From: Takakia lepidozioides
Lineage: Eukaryota > Plantae > Bryophyta
DNA: 64,000 nucleotides
Assembly: GCA_030704615.1 (NCBI GenBank)
Contig: CM060731.1
Coordinates: 5,270,001 to 5,334,000 of the forward strand
Reading direction: 5' to 3'
The position numbers and the translations under genes were made by a program. How positions within the stretch are numbered: the first letter of the stretch is position 1; every line of letters starts with the position of its first letter. This document shows, piece by piece, positions 1-12,830 of this stretch. The notes below the pieces were generated by a model. It had not been told where the DNA came from. It saw only the letters and a list, made by a program, of their open reading frames with translations, and ran no database searches.

Positions 1-168
1 TAATCATTGTGATGAAAGCTCCTGCAGCTTCAGGGAAGCAAGCAAGCTGACGGGCACTGCGAAAGCCCGTGATGGTCAGACCTCTGCTTGTCTTTATTAC
101 TTAGAACGCCTTTGTGGCCGTGGAGCCGCGGAGTACACAGCGGAAAGGAAACCGCAAATTGGCAGTGC

Positions 169-420
169 CTCCTCCATGTCCATCCGATGCATCCATGTTA
201 ACCCGGTGCCTCCTCCATGTGTTCCATGTTAATCCGGTGCCTCCATGTCACCCAATACCTCCTATATGATGCATCCATGTTAACCTGGTACCTGCTCCAT
301 GTCTCACATGAGTATCCCATGCCACCATGTCAACCCAGTGTCTCCATGTCCTTCATGCTCTGTCAATCCAATGCTTCAATGTTAAACCAGTGTCTCCAAT
401 GTCTACTCGGTGCTTCTACC
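169..420. repeat. Degenerate tandem repeat built on CCTCCATGT / CCATGTTAACCCGGTG units
   Basis: CCATGT recurs many times in imperfect ~15-30-bp units; the overlapping ORFs are low-complexity artefacts. Confidence 0.6.
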
Positions 421-588
421 AGTTTTGTCGTTGTGGTTGCCGATGTCGTCGTCGTGTCATGCCAGCATGTCAAGAGCGACGGTTCGATCATGAAGTTAGA
501 CCTAATAATTAGTTGTTCTCTCATGCAAACTTCTCTGCATCGCAATTCACTTGATCACCCCCCCCCCCCTCCTAAAACAACGACGCAA

Positions 589-790
589 TGGCGTGAGCGT
601 TGCACGTGAGCGCGCGAGCGTACGCTCACGCCAGCTGACGTGGCGTGAGCCTGCACACATGCTGACGTGGCGTGAGCGTCATGTCAGCATGCTGATGTGG
701 CGGTAAATGATGACGTGGCACTGTCCGTCAACTGCCACGTCAGCATTAACATGCGCCGCCTATAACCGTGGATGGTCCTATGACCGTGGA
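589..790. repeat. Cluster of GCTGACGTGGC / GTGAGCG direct and inverted repeats, probably subterminal repeats of the adjacent MULE-like element
   Basis: TGACGTGGC at ~636, ~663 and ~711, inverted copy GCCACGTCAGC at ~734; lies just beyond the 3' end of the transposase at 1196. Confidence 0.45.
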
Positions 791-1195
791 ATTAATGCAG
801 GGAATCTTGCCTAAATAGAATCAAGACGAGCGTTGAGGCCTACAATTGCAGCATCCAACATTGTGCAATTACAAATGTTTGTTTCACTTTTACAATTACG
901 AAGACGACAAAATATCCTCACAAAGTGTGCGCCATAAAGGCTGCCACGAGAAGACTTCCTCCCTCCTCAAATAACAATGAGAGTTATGATCATCTTCAAA
1001 AGATGATTGTAGTGCATAGCGACAGCAAGACATGTAGACTTCGAACGGTGCAATGACAAATGTGCACTACCTAAAAGTTGTCACTCAGAGCTCACTCCGT
1101 ATAGTTGGAGGCCATATCATTGCACAGCCGACGAATTGATGTGAATTACACATTTCAAATCATGGTCATCCACATACCACATTACATAGTTCATG

Positions 1196-4100
1196 CTACC
1201 CATGTGTTGTATCCCGCTGCAAAAGAGTATCGACCTCGTTGAAACTCATAGTGGCCTGGTGAATGAAGTTGTCACGTTTGGGATCGCAAACCATCCTCCT
1301 CAAAAATATGAAATACAAATGTTTGCAGGGTATGAATTTACCTCTCTTGCCCAAACTGGTTGATAGCATATTCACAAAATCAGGACATGTGCAATTGGGG
1401 AAATTGGAAACCGTGATGTCGTAGGTCCTGTCATGAACAGCAGATGTGGAAGTGATGATTGTGAATACCCGACCATATCCTGGATCGGGTACTTCCGTGG
1501 TGCTTCCGACACGAGCTTGGAGCATTCTTGCGGACTCCACTTTGCCAAAGTGTTCAGCGGTTGGAGGGAAACGCCGAACGAGCTTTCCATCTCGTTTGGT
1601 TGGCCACAAGTCAAGATTTGCCGGGGGGACCCGGGAGGACGCAGGAGTAGTAGCACATGCATGGAGTTGGGGTTGTCTCGCAAGGGAAAAACCTGCCTCC
1701 TCCAGCATTTCAATCTCCTGAAAGCTGAGATGTGTTCCCACCTTCACGGGCCAAACGGTTGGAGGAGATGGCTTCATCACTACGGAAGGACGCATAGTTC
1801 CATGCACACATCTGGCACAATCATCTGCGCAGAACCAGAACTTGTGGTTCTTGGCTTCTGGTTGACCGTATGGACGCATCAAGCCCGTGAAAGTCGGAGC
1901 AGGAGTTCGGGCACCACCTCTGGATATAGATGAAGTGCACTTCTCGAAATTAGTTGCCCTGATCGCTGTACATTTCACACGAGACCCGACACTTGTGCGT
2001 TCTATGTGCCAAACGTGGTCGGGGCATGCGGACTCAAGCACATCAAGGGGGTTGTTTCTCTCCTGCACCATTTCAGTGGCACGGTTTGATGCTGGAGCTT
2101 GCCGTCGTGTTGGAGGTTCCTCCACAATGGAGGTTCCGGACACGGAGCTGTCATGCAGGGGAACACGAGGCTTCGAGAAGTTATCACGGTCTGCCCTGTG
2201 GGAATCTGAATCCGAACCAGGTGGAGTGTTCAATTTCCTCTTACAGGAGCCGAATCTCTCCTCCCCTTCAAGATGTGGAACTCTAGAAACAAGTGGCGTT
2301 CCCTAGGCATACATGCTCACCGCCCGTGCTATCTTGATTGGATCCCCAGATCTGTTTGCAGCACGCAACATCAAACTCCGATTTGTCCGGACCCTTGCCA
2401 CCAACCCCACCTCGTAAGAAATCACGGTATCGGGTTTGTTGTTGCAAGGCACGTATCAAATCATCTGTTGTTGCCACATACAAATCCCGACCTCGTTTCC
2501 CAGACTGCTGCAACCATGCATTGTGCACAGTTTCTGCCAAATTGCAAGATGGCATGTCTGCCATTTCCTCAATGGACATGTTCTGCAAAGAGGATAACCA
2601 CACTTCAGAATAGTGCACAGGAAACAACATAAAGAAAGCAATGAGTCAAAAATATGGATAGCAAATGTATGAATAAAGCATGAAATAATCGTCATGGCTG
2701 CTCCCCACTGTCTATACCGGAAGTGCCAAAACGCCAGCCAATCTTCCAATGCTCTCATACTCTCAAGTGATGCAGCTCCAGAAGAGAACCACCAGGCACG
2801 AATTGTCTGGAACAAAGTGTCCGCCTCCTTCATTGTTCTAGCATCTTTGTACTCTTTGCACAATTTACGGTGCTGAGTCTGCATCTCTGGTTTGATGTCC
2901 GACTTTGTATGTTTTTCCAGAGATTGTGTCCAATGGAATAGACATGTACGCTCTCTTCCTGGCATAGGCACTTTTGGGTCGCCCGATCCGAAGACAATAC
3001 GAATAGCATTGAAATTTGCTTGAGCACTATCCGCCATGAAACCTGCGAAATTTGGAGATGGCAGCCCATGGCAGCCCATGACACGTATCAGGGAATTCCA
3101 CATGAGCTTCTGGGATTCCGTATCCTCGGATTGCATGTCACAAACTGCAATTGTCATAACTCGTTGGTACACTGGATCGTAGACATGACAAGCCATTGTC
3201 GTCCAATCCTTCACTCGTTTCACATGATCAAACATAAGAAAACAGTTCTGCAAGTCCCCAGTCTTTTGCATCCGCTTCACGAGGCTAACCCCACTGCCCT
3301 CCCCAACAGTCGACATTTTGAAAAGAAAAACTTTGATGGCACCTTGACCTGGGAATACATTGTCCTGGATGTAATCGTACTTGCTCAGTCGTTTCAATTC
3401 CAAAATATTGTCTATGTAGCCTCTGATCCTAGAGCCCATTCTCAATGCATTGATCTGATGCCGAATGTTAGGTGAACTTAAAGTGGAGAAATGATCCATA
3501 ACCAGGTCCAATGCTGCACCGTCAAGTTTAGTCCCCACAGAATCTCCTTCACTCAAAATATGGCTTTCCAAGAAGGACTTGCTTGCGCCAAGAGCAATTG
3601 CAGATGTTGTTGCGGATGGGTTTCTCCCGAACTCCTGTTTGATCAACCTCGATACTGTCTCAACACTCTCCCTGTAATCCCCCTTCGAGACAGGATGGTT
3701 ATGGAATCCAAAATGCACACAAGCTCTCGTCATTGTATTTCAAACGGTGGACAACATAGTACATTCTTGCTCCGCAGAGCGCCAAGCAGGATGGCACAAG
3801 TTTGCAGAATTTGCAGACGAAAGTGTTTGCCGGTGGAGGGGCAGTCCCAGGCTGAAATGGATTCTCCGCCAGACCCTCCTATTCGCTTTGATTATGAACT
3901 CCAGACTGAAGAAAGTGTCTGCAATTCAAATTATCACACCTAAGGTGTCCATTGCAAACTGTCCTCCTGAAAACAAGCTTGTCATCATTCTGAATATTGG
4001 ATGTTTTTGTTCTGCACCACGGGTGCCCGTCGTGTTTCTTGTCCATTCCATGCATCATGATTGTTACACCTCCAACTCGCGGAGGAGGAGGCAGCTCGAA

Positions 4101-4699
4101 TAGGATATCGCCATCAAAAGTCTCCGGCAAGAACTTCACATGCACCTGCTTCAAAGATTCCCAATCAATTCCCCGCAACTCACTTTTGAATCCAGCCATT
4201 CCTCCCATCGCCCGCAATTTTGGAATGACACTACAAATCTCTTCTTCATCAGCTTCTGCAACCACAGTAGGAAGGACTGGATTTGGAATTTCACTTATGT
4301 CATCATCGGAAGAATCCGAAAGCTCAACGATTGGAGTGGAGGAAGTCTGTTCTTTTTTCACCACCACCTCCCTCTTGTCTTCAACGACCGAAGCAGCAGT
4401 CCCGGGCGTCACATATGACCCAAGGGACTTTTGCCGAGGCTCTCCAAGTACTCTGTATCGACCAGGACGCACTCTCCACTGGCTGATATGAGCCGTCTCA
4501 TCACGGTTTTGGAAAGAATATTTCACCAACTTCCCTTTCAGATCGTAAACCTCTTTCTCCAAAAGATGGAGCCCTTCTGCAGCTGAAAACGGGTAGCCAA
4601 GACATGTTCCAGAACAATTGCAAATCCATTGTCAAGGACTTCCTGGGAGAACGGCACTGGTTTGTCGTCTGAGAAGAACTCCGCTTCAGAGGAAGCCAT
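1196..4699 (-). pseudogene. MULE-family DDE transposase with N-terminal WRKY/GCM-like Zn DNA-binding domain and C-terminal SWIM finger; disrupted
   Basis: Stitched from ORFs 3879-4562, 2456-3733, 2283-2630 and 1196-2233. GCM-like region W..TKTSN..FRRTVCNGHLRC..CKFCK..C..CVHFGFHNHP; catalytic D (MFDHV), D (MADSA), CLFH and E (LAETVH); SWIM CTCPDF..CKH. In-frame TAG at 3879-3881 and several frameshifts. Intron acceptor at ~2583; candidate ATG at 4699. No matching TIR pair found. Confidence 0.85.
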
Positions 4700-5738
4700 C
4701 TTCCTTCCTCGAGTATGTTTGTACCTTGCTATCGCAGATCTAGTGTAAATCGGTTTACTGCTGTCTCCAGAACACAGTTGAAGAATGAGCAGAGCATATG
4801 GCGGAGGAAGCTCAGATAACGACTGTGCATATTCTGTTATTCATTCCAGATATGCAGCCGTCCATTTTAATTACTTTTCTTGTGGGCCCAGTGGTCAGAG
4901 AATCCATAGGGGCAGTGTCGGCAACTGTTAAACCGTTAATCAGAACCTCATCAATAAACCCAATAACAAAGCCGACTTCCTGGAAGCATGCCACAGGATC
5001 CGAGAATGAGATTGCAGATTAAGTAAATGTATCTATATACTACTACCAATGATCATGCGCACCTGGAAAGATCCAAATGTGCAACGAATGTGGGGTTTGG
5101 ATAACAAGGATGACCGTGTATGATATTCCAAAATTTGTCATCAAACTCTCGTTCATTTATATTTATTTGTTTAAGACTGCGCATCAATTTCTGGGATTCG
5201 CTGTTCTTTTTAAATATTGAACCAGTTATAATTTAGAACACGCCGTTTTGTTTTGGGCGGCACACGTCAGACATCCATAACTGAATACGAACAGCTGTAC
5301 ACCAATTGCTGGCATGTGCACTAATAACGAAACGACTATGTGTAACGGTCACGCGGGAGGGAATCCGATGCTTCTAGAGACACGCAAGAACACAGGCAAT
5401 CCCGCAAGAAATCGAGAGTCACTGCGTTTTTCTACTTTTCGCGCTTAGAGGGAGAGTGGTAGTCAAGCTGGAGAGGGTTCCTTCTAGAATACAAAAGAGA
5501 AGAAAGTCTCTTTATTTTACTTCCCTTAGAGAGAGACGCAGAGCAAGAGAGAAAATGACGAGGCGTCGTTTGTTGGAGAACACAGGGCCAAGGCAGCAGG
5601 TGAACGCGGAGATTGATTCACAAGAGCAGACGGAGACTGAGGCAGCGGCTGCGACACAGTCGGCGATAAGAGTGCGCCAGCCTGTGGAGGCAGAGATGAA
5701 TCGCAGGGACACTGAAGAAGGTGGAAGCACGCGGAACG

Positions 5739-6363
5739 TGTAATATCAGCGATCTGATCTTGTGTGGCCACATGAATCAAATCAACTTCTTCATTTTCTA
5801 TCTTCTCGCGGATATAGTGATAGTGTACTTATAAATAGGCTGCCTTCTAAGGGCTTTGTATTCCGGCTGTAGTGTTCATGCTTAGTAAAGCATTCATGAT
5901 GTTTTAACAGGTTCTGATTCTGGTGTATATGTTGGAGCTCATTCGAAGCTTGCAAATGAAAGTGAGTATGACTCAGAGTGATCTGATTAGTCATATTATC
6001 ATACCAAACTCCTTCATACTCCTCCACATCCTACATGAAGAAAGCTCACCTTGTCAACACTGCAGTCCAACCATTGTGAAGGATCTTCAAAGAACTGTTG
6101 CCTGCGCTGTTCCATGTTGTGGGGATGACGGTTGAAGATTATACGCAGCATGGCTAGCATTTCTTCCCTTGAGTTCACCATTACTCTCTAGGTCTCCCAT
6201 CACTCTCATTCTCGTTCTTGGAGCCTTGGACTCGTTTTTCAATCCTTATTGAGCCGAAAGGCTGTTGTCTGAGTGCCTTCACTCCTCCTTCCGGAGCAAC
6301 CCAGCACAGTGTTGCACAGCCTCCCTTTGCCTCTCAAATCAGACCAAGATTAGCCTCCTAACA
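5739..6363 (-). mobile_element. Possible solo-LTR-like insertion
   Basis: Minus strand reads TGTTAG...ATTACA, with a TATA-like CTTATAAATAGG at ~5828. Flanks GAACG and CGACG match only partly, so no TSD is confirmed. Confidence 0.3.
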
Positions 6364-6369
6364 CGACGA

Positions 6370-6830
6370 GGGGAAAGAGGTCAATGGTGACATCGTCAAA
6401 GCTGGAACTGTACCAGATGTCATTATGAGTAGTACCCTCGTGGACATGTATGCCAAACGTGGGTGCACCGAGAATGCAACTGAAGTGTTCAAAAAATATG
6501 GCTGGACAAAATGTCGCGTCGTGGAGTGCATGATCACATGATATGTACAGCAGGGTCAGGAGATGTTCGGCTTTGGAGACTTGGCTGCCCTAGAAATGGG
6601 TGCACACATCCATGATGTCATCCTCAAAGCTGAAATTGTATCAAATGTCATTCTTTGGAGACCTTTGAGCAAATGGTGCAGGAGGGGGTGTTCAGCCCAA
6701 CCATGCCACGTTTGTTGGCATTTACAATGCGTATGCGAGACTGGCAACCTTGGAAAAAGAGCAAAGAGGTCCATGGTGACATTGTCGAAAGCTGAAATTG
6801 TACCTGATATCATTTTGAACACTGCACAGG
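6370..6830 (+). pseudogene. PLS-class PPR gene fragment
   Basis: GKEVNGDIVKAGTVPDVIMSSTLVDMYAKRG; LAALEMGAHIHDVILKAEIVSNVIL; frameshifts and stops. Confidence 0.8.
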
Positions 6831-7272
6831 GACTAACTGTGAATTTAAAAAGGCCATGCTTTGCAATGTTATTAGGCCTGCCTGCCTTGTCATGCCTTGT
6901 CATGCACAAGCTTCAATTTAGCATCTGTGGACATGTTGGTATGTTCCTCATTGTGTAGAGGCTAATGGAGCCCAAAGTGACTTGCATGAATGTTATTCAT
7001 CAACATTCCCTACATAAAGATCCTAACCTAGTGTTGATTTTGTCGCAGTTTTGGGTACAAGGTTTTCCCATGGAGCATGGAGTAGCGCTGTTACAAGTTT
7101 TGTGAAGATCGTTCACAGTGGTGGGACAACCGCTGGCAAGGTGTGGTGCTCTTAATGTACGATGTGTAGAAGTTTGTCGACGGTTCTGCAAAGTGGGCTC
7201 TTCATGTTAGTATATTTGATTTGTTTTCCTTCTTGGTGTTTACGAGGTGCGGGGGAGGGTCAATACATTCAA

Positions 7273-7385
7273 TTGAAATATTTGACAAGATGGATGAATG
7301 ACTAGATGTGGTGTCCTGGAACGGGTTGATTGCAAGATATGCCCAGCATGGGTGTAGGATGGAGACTTTGAAGACTTATGATGAT
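7273..7385 (+). pseudogene. PPR motif fragment
   Basis: EIFDKMDE*LDVVSWNGLIARYAQHGCRMETLKTY. Confidence 0.75.
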
Positions 7386-9429
7386 GACTCAGTTGATGGG
7401 CAGGATATGGCAGGTCGTCCACCTCCAGCTGGGACTGTAAGTTACTTGATCTGAATGTCATTGTATTATATTATGTTTGTACTGCTACAATACACAAGCT
7501 GGATGCCATATCCATTGTTTGATTTGTATGAGATGATAATGCAACTTTGGTGTGTTGTTCATTGCAGTTCAAGGTTGGTGACAAGGTGGTTTTGTTCGAC
7601 CTTTGTGCACCAAAACGGAGGGCAGGCGTGTGAGTGTATATCTGGCTGTAGCAACGAGGATGAGTGGCAGGGCCATATTGTGCCAGCTGGATTCTATATT
7701 GTCTCAATCAACGCTGTTCACGGTTCCGATCTAACATTGCCATGGCAAGTTCCTGAAACTGGTGAAGTAGTCAGATTGTGTTCATGCTAAACTTTCAAGG
7801 CTTTCAGGCTTTGAGTTTCATGTTTGCGAGGCCTTCATAAGTTTGTTGACAACAAATGTTGTGCTCAAGTTTTTGATGTTGGGCTGCAGTTAATCATTCT
7901 AGGGAACTCTGTAGTGCATAATGTAGAATTGTAACTTTTGATGCTGGGTGAAATTAATCATTCTAGGGAACTATGTAGTGCATTCTCTAGAATGTCACAG
8001 TTGTCTCTCAGACCAATCTTATGGCAATGAATAGTCTTTTTTGCAATTCCTTTTACCTTCCTATTCTCAGGTGTTTGATGGTCAATGGTAATCTGTTTTT
8101 CGTGAGTTGTGTGTACTATGGTTGCTTGCATGGTTAGTGTGAATTTTGTCCTCCACATATGTGTGGAATCATTCATAGCATAGGTAGTAGAATCTTTCAC
8201 ACCCACCACCATGTGCCGTTAGCTCATCACGCCACTTGTCCTCATGTCAGGACCAAAGCGAGCCACATGTTTACGCCGTGGCATTCTCCCGGAGATGGAA
8301 GACTGTTGGAGGGAGTACCCTCCCATTGGTAGTTGATGAGGTGACGTGAAATGGCTTTGATCGGCTCACATGCGATAAGATTATGGTATAAACTTGAAGG
8401 GAGGACAAGTGGCCGTTTTGCATTGCAAGGCGTTGCAGAATCTGGTTCAGACAGGGAGACTTTGAAATGTTTGCAGTGCTTTTAAGGAAAGTTTGGCAGT
8501 TCATGGGACCAACTTCCGAGGGAAGACTGAAGAGTTTGGAATGTGAAGAGGTCTCAATGTGGAGCTTTTGAGGCCGGAACTGTGTGGCAGTTTTGTTGTG
8601 GCTGACAATGGTGATGGACCCGAAAATTGTGGTGCAGAACATACTTTGGAAGTCGCAGCTCCTTTGCAGTGTACCGAGTACCGCCTACGGCACATTAACC
8701 AGTGACTGAGATCTTTTATATAAAAATAATGTCCGGATTACCTGTTTCAAAGGCATGGGTTGAGGTCTAAATGGTTGAAAAGAGACATTCCAGCACAGAC
8801 TTGATGTGTTGGGGGCAGATCTCTGAGGTGCAGACTGAATTCCGGGGTCTGTAGAATGCTGTTGTAATGTCTGGGATATGACCAGATGGGATACACTAAA
8901 TAAGCGTGGTTCAAAGTTCCTTGCTTGGGCCAACAGAATAAAGTGTTTTAATGCGCTTTAAAGGATCTTCAACGTGTCCATTGTAGTCTCTCCTGCAAAG
9001 CGAGGTTCTTGTTCTTACAGCAGGAACTCCTCATTTTTCTCTCTGGAGGGTTATTGGCAGTGCCAACACAAACCACATGGCACATCTGTTGCAAACTAGA
9101 AGGCTAGAGTGGCAATGACAGAATTATTATTCACATGCTTTCTCCCCCTAAGCTCTATGAGCTTTCCGCGGACGTTATAAAGCACCATTTCATTTCATTT
9201 CCCCCTCAATCAATTTGGTAGGGCATACTTCCCCAACCAGCTCCACAGAATGTAGAATCCCCAGGGAATAGGCCCTTTGTTTTATATTGAATGTCCCAAC
9301 TCTCAGAGTCAGGCAGAGCACCCGGCCTCTACTTTTAAAGAAGATTTGGTTCAATCAATTGATGTAGCTGAGAATCTGGCTAGGAGAACTAGTGAGTTGC
9401 AAATACCAGTGCCAAATTGATACTGTCTG

Positions 9430-9524
9430 CCCACTCCTGCCTCCCGTAGGAATCTGGGCCGGGTCTCACTCCCAATGTGTCTCAGAACAGCTACTGATCG
9501 TTGCCTTGGTAAGCCATTGCCTCA
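9430..9524 (-). pseudogene. ~95-bp decayed 16S rRNA fragment, plastid-like (NUPT)
   Basis: CTGCCTCCCGTAGGAATCTGGGCCG is the reverse complement of the universal 338 region; followed by CAGCTACTGATCGTTGCCTTGGTAAGCCATTGCCTCA, with an internal ~11-nt deletion and substitutions. Confidence 0.85.
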
Positions 9525-10590
9525 TGTAAATCTGATAGAATAATAATTCTTACCCTTACCTTTGAGTCAATTATCTCTTTCAATCGATTCAACGCCTCAT
9601 TTGCAACATCCCAGTTCTGCATCAAGACTTCAGCTGCCTGATTGCCCCACAGTGCGCTGAAGCTGCGCTCGCTATTGGTGCACAGAGTGCGATACTGGTA
9701 AAGATAGTCAGATTCACCTGAATAGTTGCCACACTCAAACTGGAACTTGGCATACTGATAGAGTGCCTCTATTTCCTCTGAGCCTATCCGCGATTACCAG
9801 AAAAACCAAATCACATAGGACAAGTCAGTTCAGACTATCAGAGAAAGGCAGCTACAACTGCAGAACACCACAGCGAACTTGATTCGAAAGGGAAGAGTTT
9901 GAACAACAACTGTCATGGACAAGGAGGCACCACACAAGGGTACAGAGCTATACATCGAAGGCATGAAAGAGTAGACATGCGCTCCTCCAAACAGATTTGG
10001 AAGTGCTCTGCCAAAACAGTGAGTTCTATGAGAGTAATCAGAAGTTCATATCACAAGCACTATCTCACACAGGCCAAGAACCTGCAGACACAGTTAACTC
10101 TGGAGCCTTGCGACAAAACTAGTGTTTCAGTTGTGATATTATAACAAAGTGGGATGCTTGACAGCTACTTGGCAGTTTCCCTAGACTGCACCTGTACATT
10201 TACCCATCCTTGTACAAATGAAGCAGATTTGCAGTACAGACGTGCTTAAGAGATATTGAAGCGTGGAACTTCCTCTGCAAGATGGCATTTCTTTTCAACC
10301 CTCACGATTGCCAGTATGATCATCCTACAACCCACCCCCCACAAGCATAAATCCAGGGGCATTCATTTCCCAGTTGCAAATTTGGTGGAAGAAAATAAGT
10401 TCTTAAAAGCAAACCTTATGCAAGTGGTAAGGTGTGCAGTTACTCACGAGTAAACTGCAACATTCCGAATAGCCGAGTCCATGCACGCCAACAACATAAT
10501 AAATTCCACACTGCACTGGACTGAGATATAAATGTATGGGCGGTTGCTGCCGAGGCTTTGCCCTCACAACAACCAACAAGAACTCACTAC

Positions 10591-11406
10591 CAGCGTCCTG
10601 GAAATAATTTCAGTTGAACCAGCCAGTAGCCGCTCATTCCCAGCAGCAATCGGCTAAGTGGGTTGGGCAGTCGGTTGCTGCCCCTTAGTGGTAACTATAC
10701 CCGGTCAATTTCCCAGATAATTTCTTTACAACCGGTAATATTCCTAATGATTTATTTTGTGTTCAGCTATAAATCCGGCCCTTATAAATATCAACCGGTT
10801 GACAACACAAGTGTCAAATGCACAACAATAAGTAAATAATAATAATAATAAATAATCACAACCAGTTTTAAGCAATTCAAACAAGTGAAGAACATTGTAT
10901 CCTTATAGAAGTTGGACCTGTCAATGCCTTCAAACCACATAGAGGCCAAGAATTGAACCCGCGTGGACAGGTGAGCTGTGATAGCAGGCAGCGAGTGCAA
11001 GCAGGCGTGGGCTGGGGCTGCCAGAGCAACGTCCAAACTTAGTAGGGTTTGCCCGCGGGCCCGCCCTCTTTGAGTTCAATATTTTTTCACCTAAACGCCC
11101 TTCCTTGGATGTAACCCGGCCTGGCACGTTGGATTTATGCCATGTGGTGGACTTCGACGGCCATTTCCATTTTTTGTAATATAAGAAGGGCCGGAATCCG
11201 TCCAGGCCTTGCCAACTAAGGCAGATTTCCTGTCTGTAATGAAATGGAAAGGCAAATATCCTTCCTAAAAGTAGGGCACCCGGTTGATTTCCACTTCGGC
11301 CATTTTTTTCCCTCGGATCCATTTCATGAGGTTTCATATTTCATTCGGAAATTCTGGAATTCAGTCAGCTAGCATGTAACTGGCTGCCGGTTCTCCCCGG
11401 ACGTTG
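10591..11406. mobile_element. Non-autonomous hAT element (MITE), 816 bp
   Basis: 8-bp TSD CTCACTAC at 10583-10590 and 11407-11414; imperfect TIR CAGCGTCCTGG / CCCGGACGTTG; no ORF. Confidence 0.8.
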
Positions 11407-11579
11407 CTCACTACACTGTATAAAATGAATCCCTCCCTTGGAAATATAAGACAGACGACTCTGTACATGGCACAGACTTTTGTTCATCTTTTTTTATACT
11501 AATTTAACAGGATAATCTACAAATGTTCCTCTAATATTAGATTGTCCATATAACAACCATGGTTTCTGCAGTCACTACG

Positions 11580-12830
11580 GATGTAACTGTAGTCCCTCTT
11601 TCAGCCTCTCGGGCTCACTATGACACTCAAAGCCAGAATCCAACAACGGTCACTGCTGCCATGCCATACTTGGATTGGCCTATAAGCACACCAAGCCTCC
11701 CCAAAACATAAGGTTCCCAACACTCAGTGCCCAATAAATGACGGATCTAGAGTAGCTGGGGCTGTAGCAGGCAGTTATATTGTAATTAAGGATGCTATGA
11801 AATGCTCCTTCCATGGTTGTAATTTGCAGAGACTTGGTCTTCTGAAAATCAAGAAAGCTGCACACAAAAGAAATCAAAGAGCGAAAGGTTTGATCTTCTG
11901 CAATGTCACTACAGACCCATAATACATACCATTGCTTCTGATGCTTCTCCACTAAACCTTGTGAACCGGTGACCCCCTAAGGGCAAATTTCAGCAGCATA
12001 CAGCTTTAAGTTGGTGGACAGTATTGGTTGGATCTACTCCCTTACGAAAGTTATATCCCATCTACGTAATTGCTGGTAAGTTGGTTTGTATATCCAGGAA
12101 GGGAATAAAAATGACTTATCTGATGTGTGGTTTACTAATGTGTAGAAAGGACTGAAGGAGAGGTTGCCATGACACTCCGTACGATGCGCAGGCAAGCTAA
12201 CAAAATAATTGAAAATTGAGAGTGCTGTGCAGCATGCTTGAATGCAGTGAGCGCACATACTGGCAGTTTCCATATGTTGCCAATGGTAGTGACCAGAGGA
12301 CCCCAGATGCCAAGCTTGCCAGCAGGTTGCTGCTCTGGAGCTGTGTCCAGTGTCAGCTTCAGCCGCACTTCTGACACACCAATGAGCCTGAAAAGAAAAG
12401 CATACAACAAGAAGCACTGAAATGAGTTTGAAATCGAAAAAATATTGCAATGTTTCAATACATGTATATATTGCAATCGAAACATTGCACGCATTTTTTA
12501 ATGATGTATGAAAAAATCGAAGCCAACGTTTCTTCTGGAGCTCTGAATTATTCTGCGTCTTGGTGGTAATTACACTGCACAGAGGATGTTTCTCTGGTTG
12601 CCTGAGAGTATTGACCATGATGTACTGTTGAGTGCATCTCCTGTGGCATATCCACAGGAAATGATAGTGGGGTCTATTGGCAGTGAAAAAACGTACTCTA
12701 TTCGAATTTCAGGATCCACTTGTACAACGTCAGGATCCCTAGAGAGACGATCCAGACGCAAACTGTTGTACATCTCCATCATAGCCCAAATGTCTCATGT
12801 ACATTGATCTGCAATGTGTTGTTAACCTAC
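11580..12830 (-). pseudogene. Multi-exon gene relic of unknown family
   Basis: Exon-like blocks with splice-like ends, e.g. RIEYVFSLPIDPTIISCGYATGDALNSTSWSILSG, LIGVSEVRLKLTLDTAPEQQPAGKLGIWGP and ...FSGEASEAM|gtatgt; contains stops. A 70-bp paralog lies at 54036-54106. Confidence 0.4.

Noticed and set aside
5032-5380. Helitron-like 5' start A|TCTATATACTACT
   Set aside because: No convincing hairpin plus CTRR|T 3' end found.
7568-7761. Exon-like block (FKVGDKVVLFD..WQGHIVPAGFYIVSINAV..LPW), vaguely like CACTA accessory domains
   Set aside because: Too short and frameshifted to assign; no element ends found.
9430-9524. Functional rRNA gene or bacterial contamination
   Set aside because: Only ~95 bp, mutated, internally deleted and embedded in nuclear sequence.
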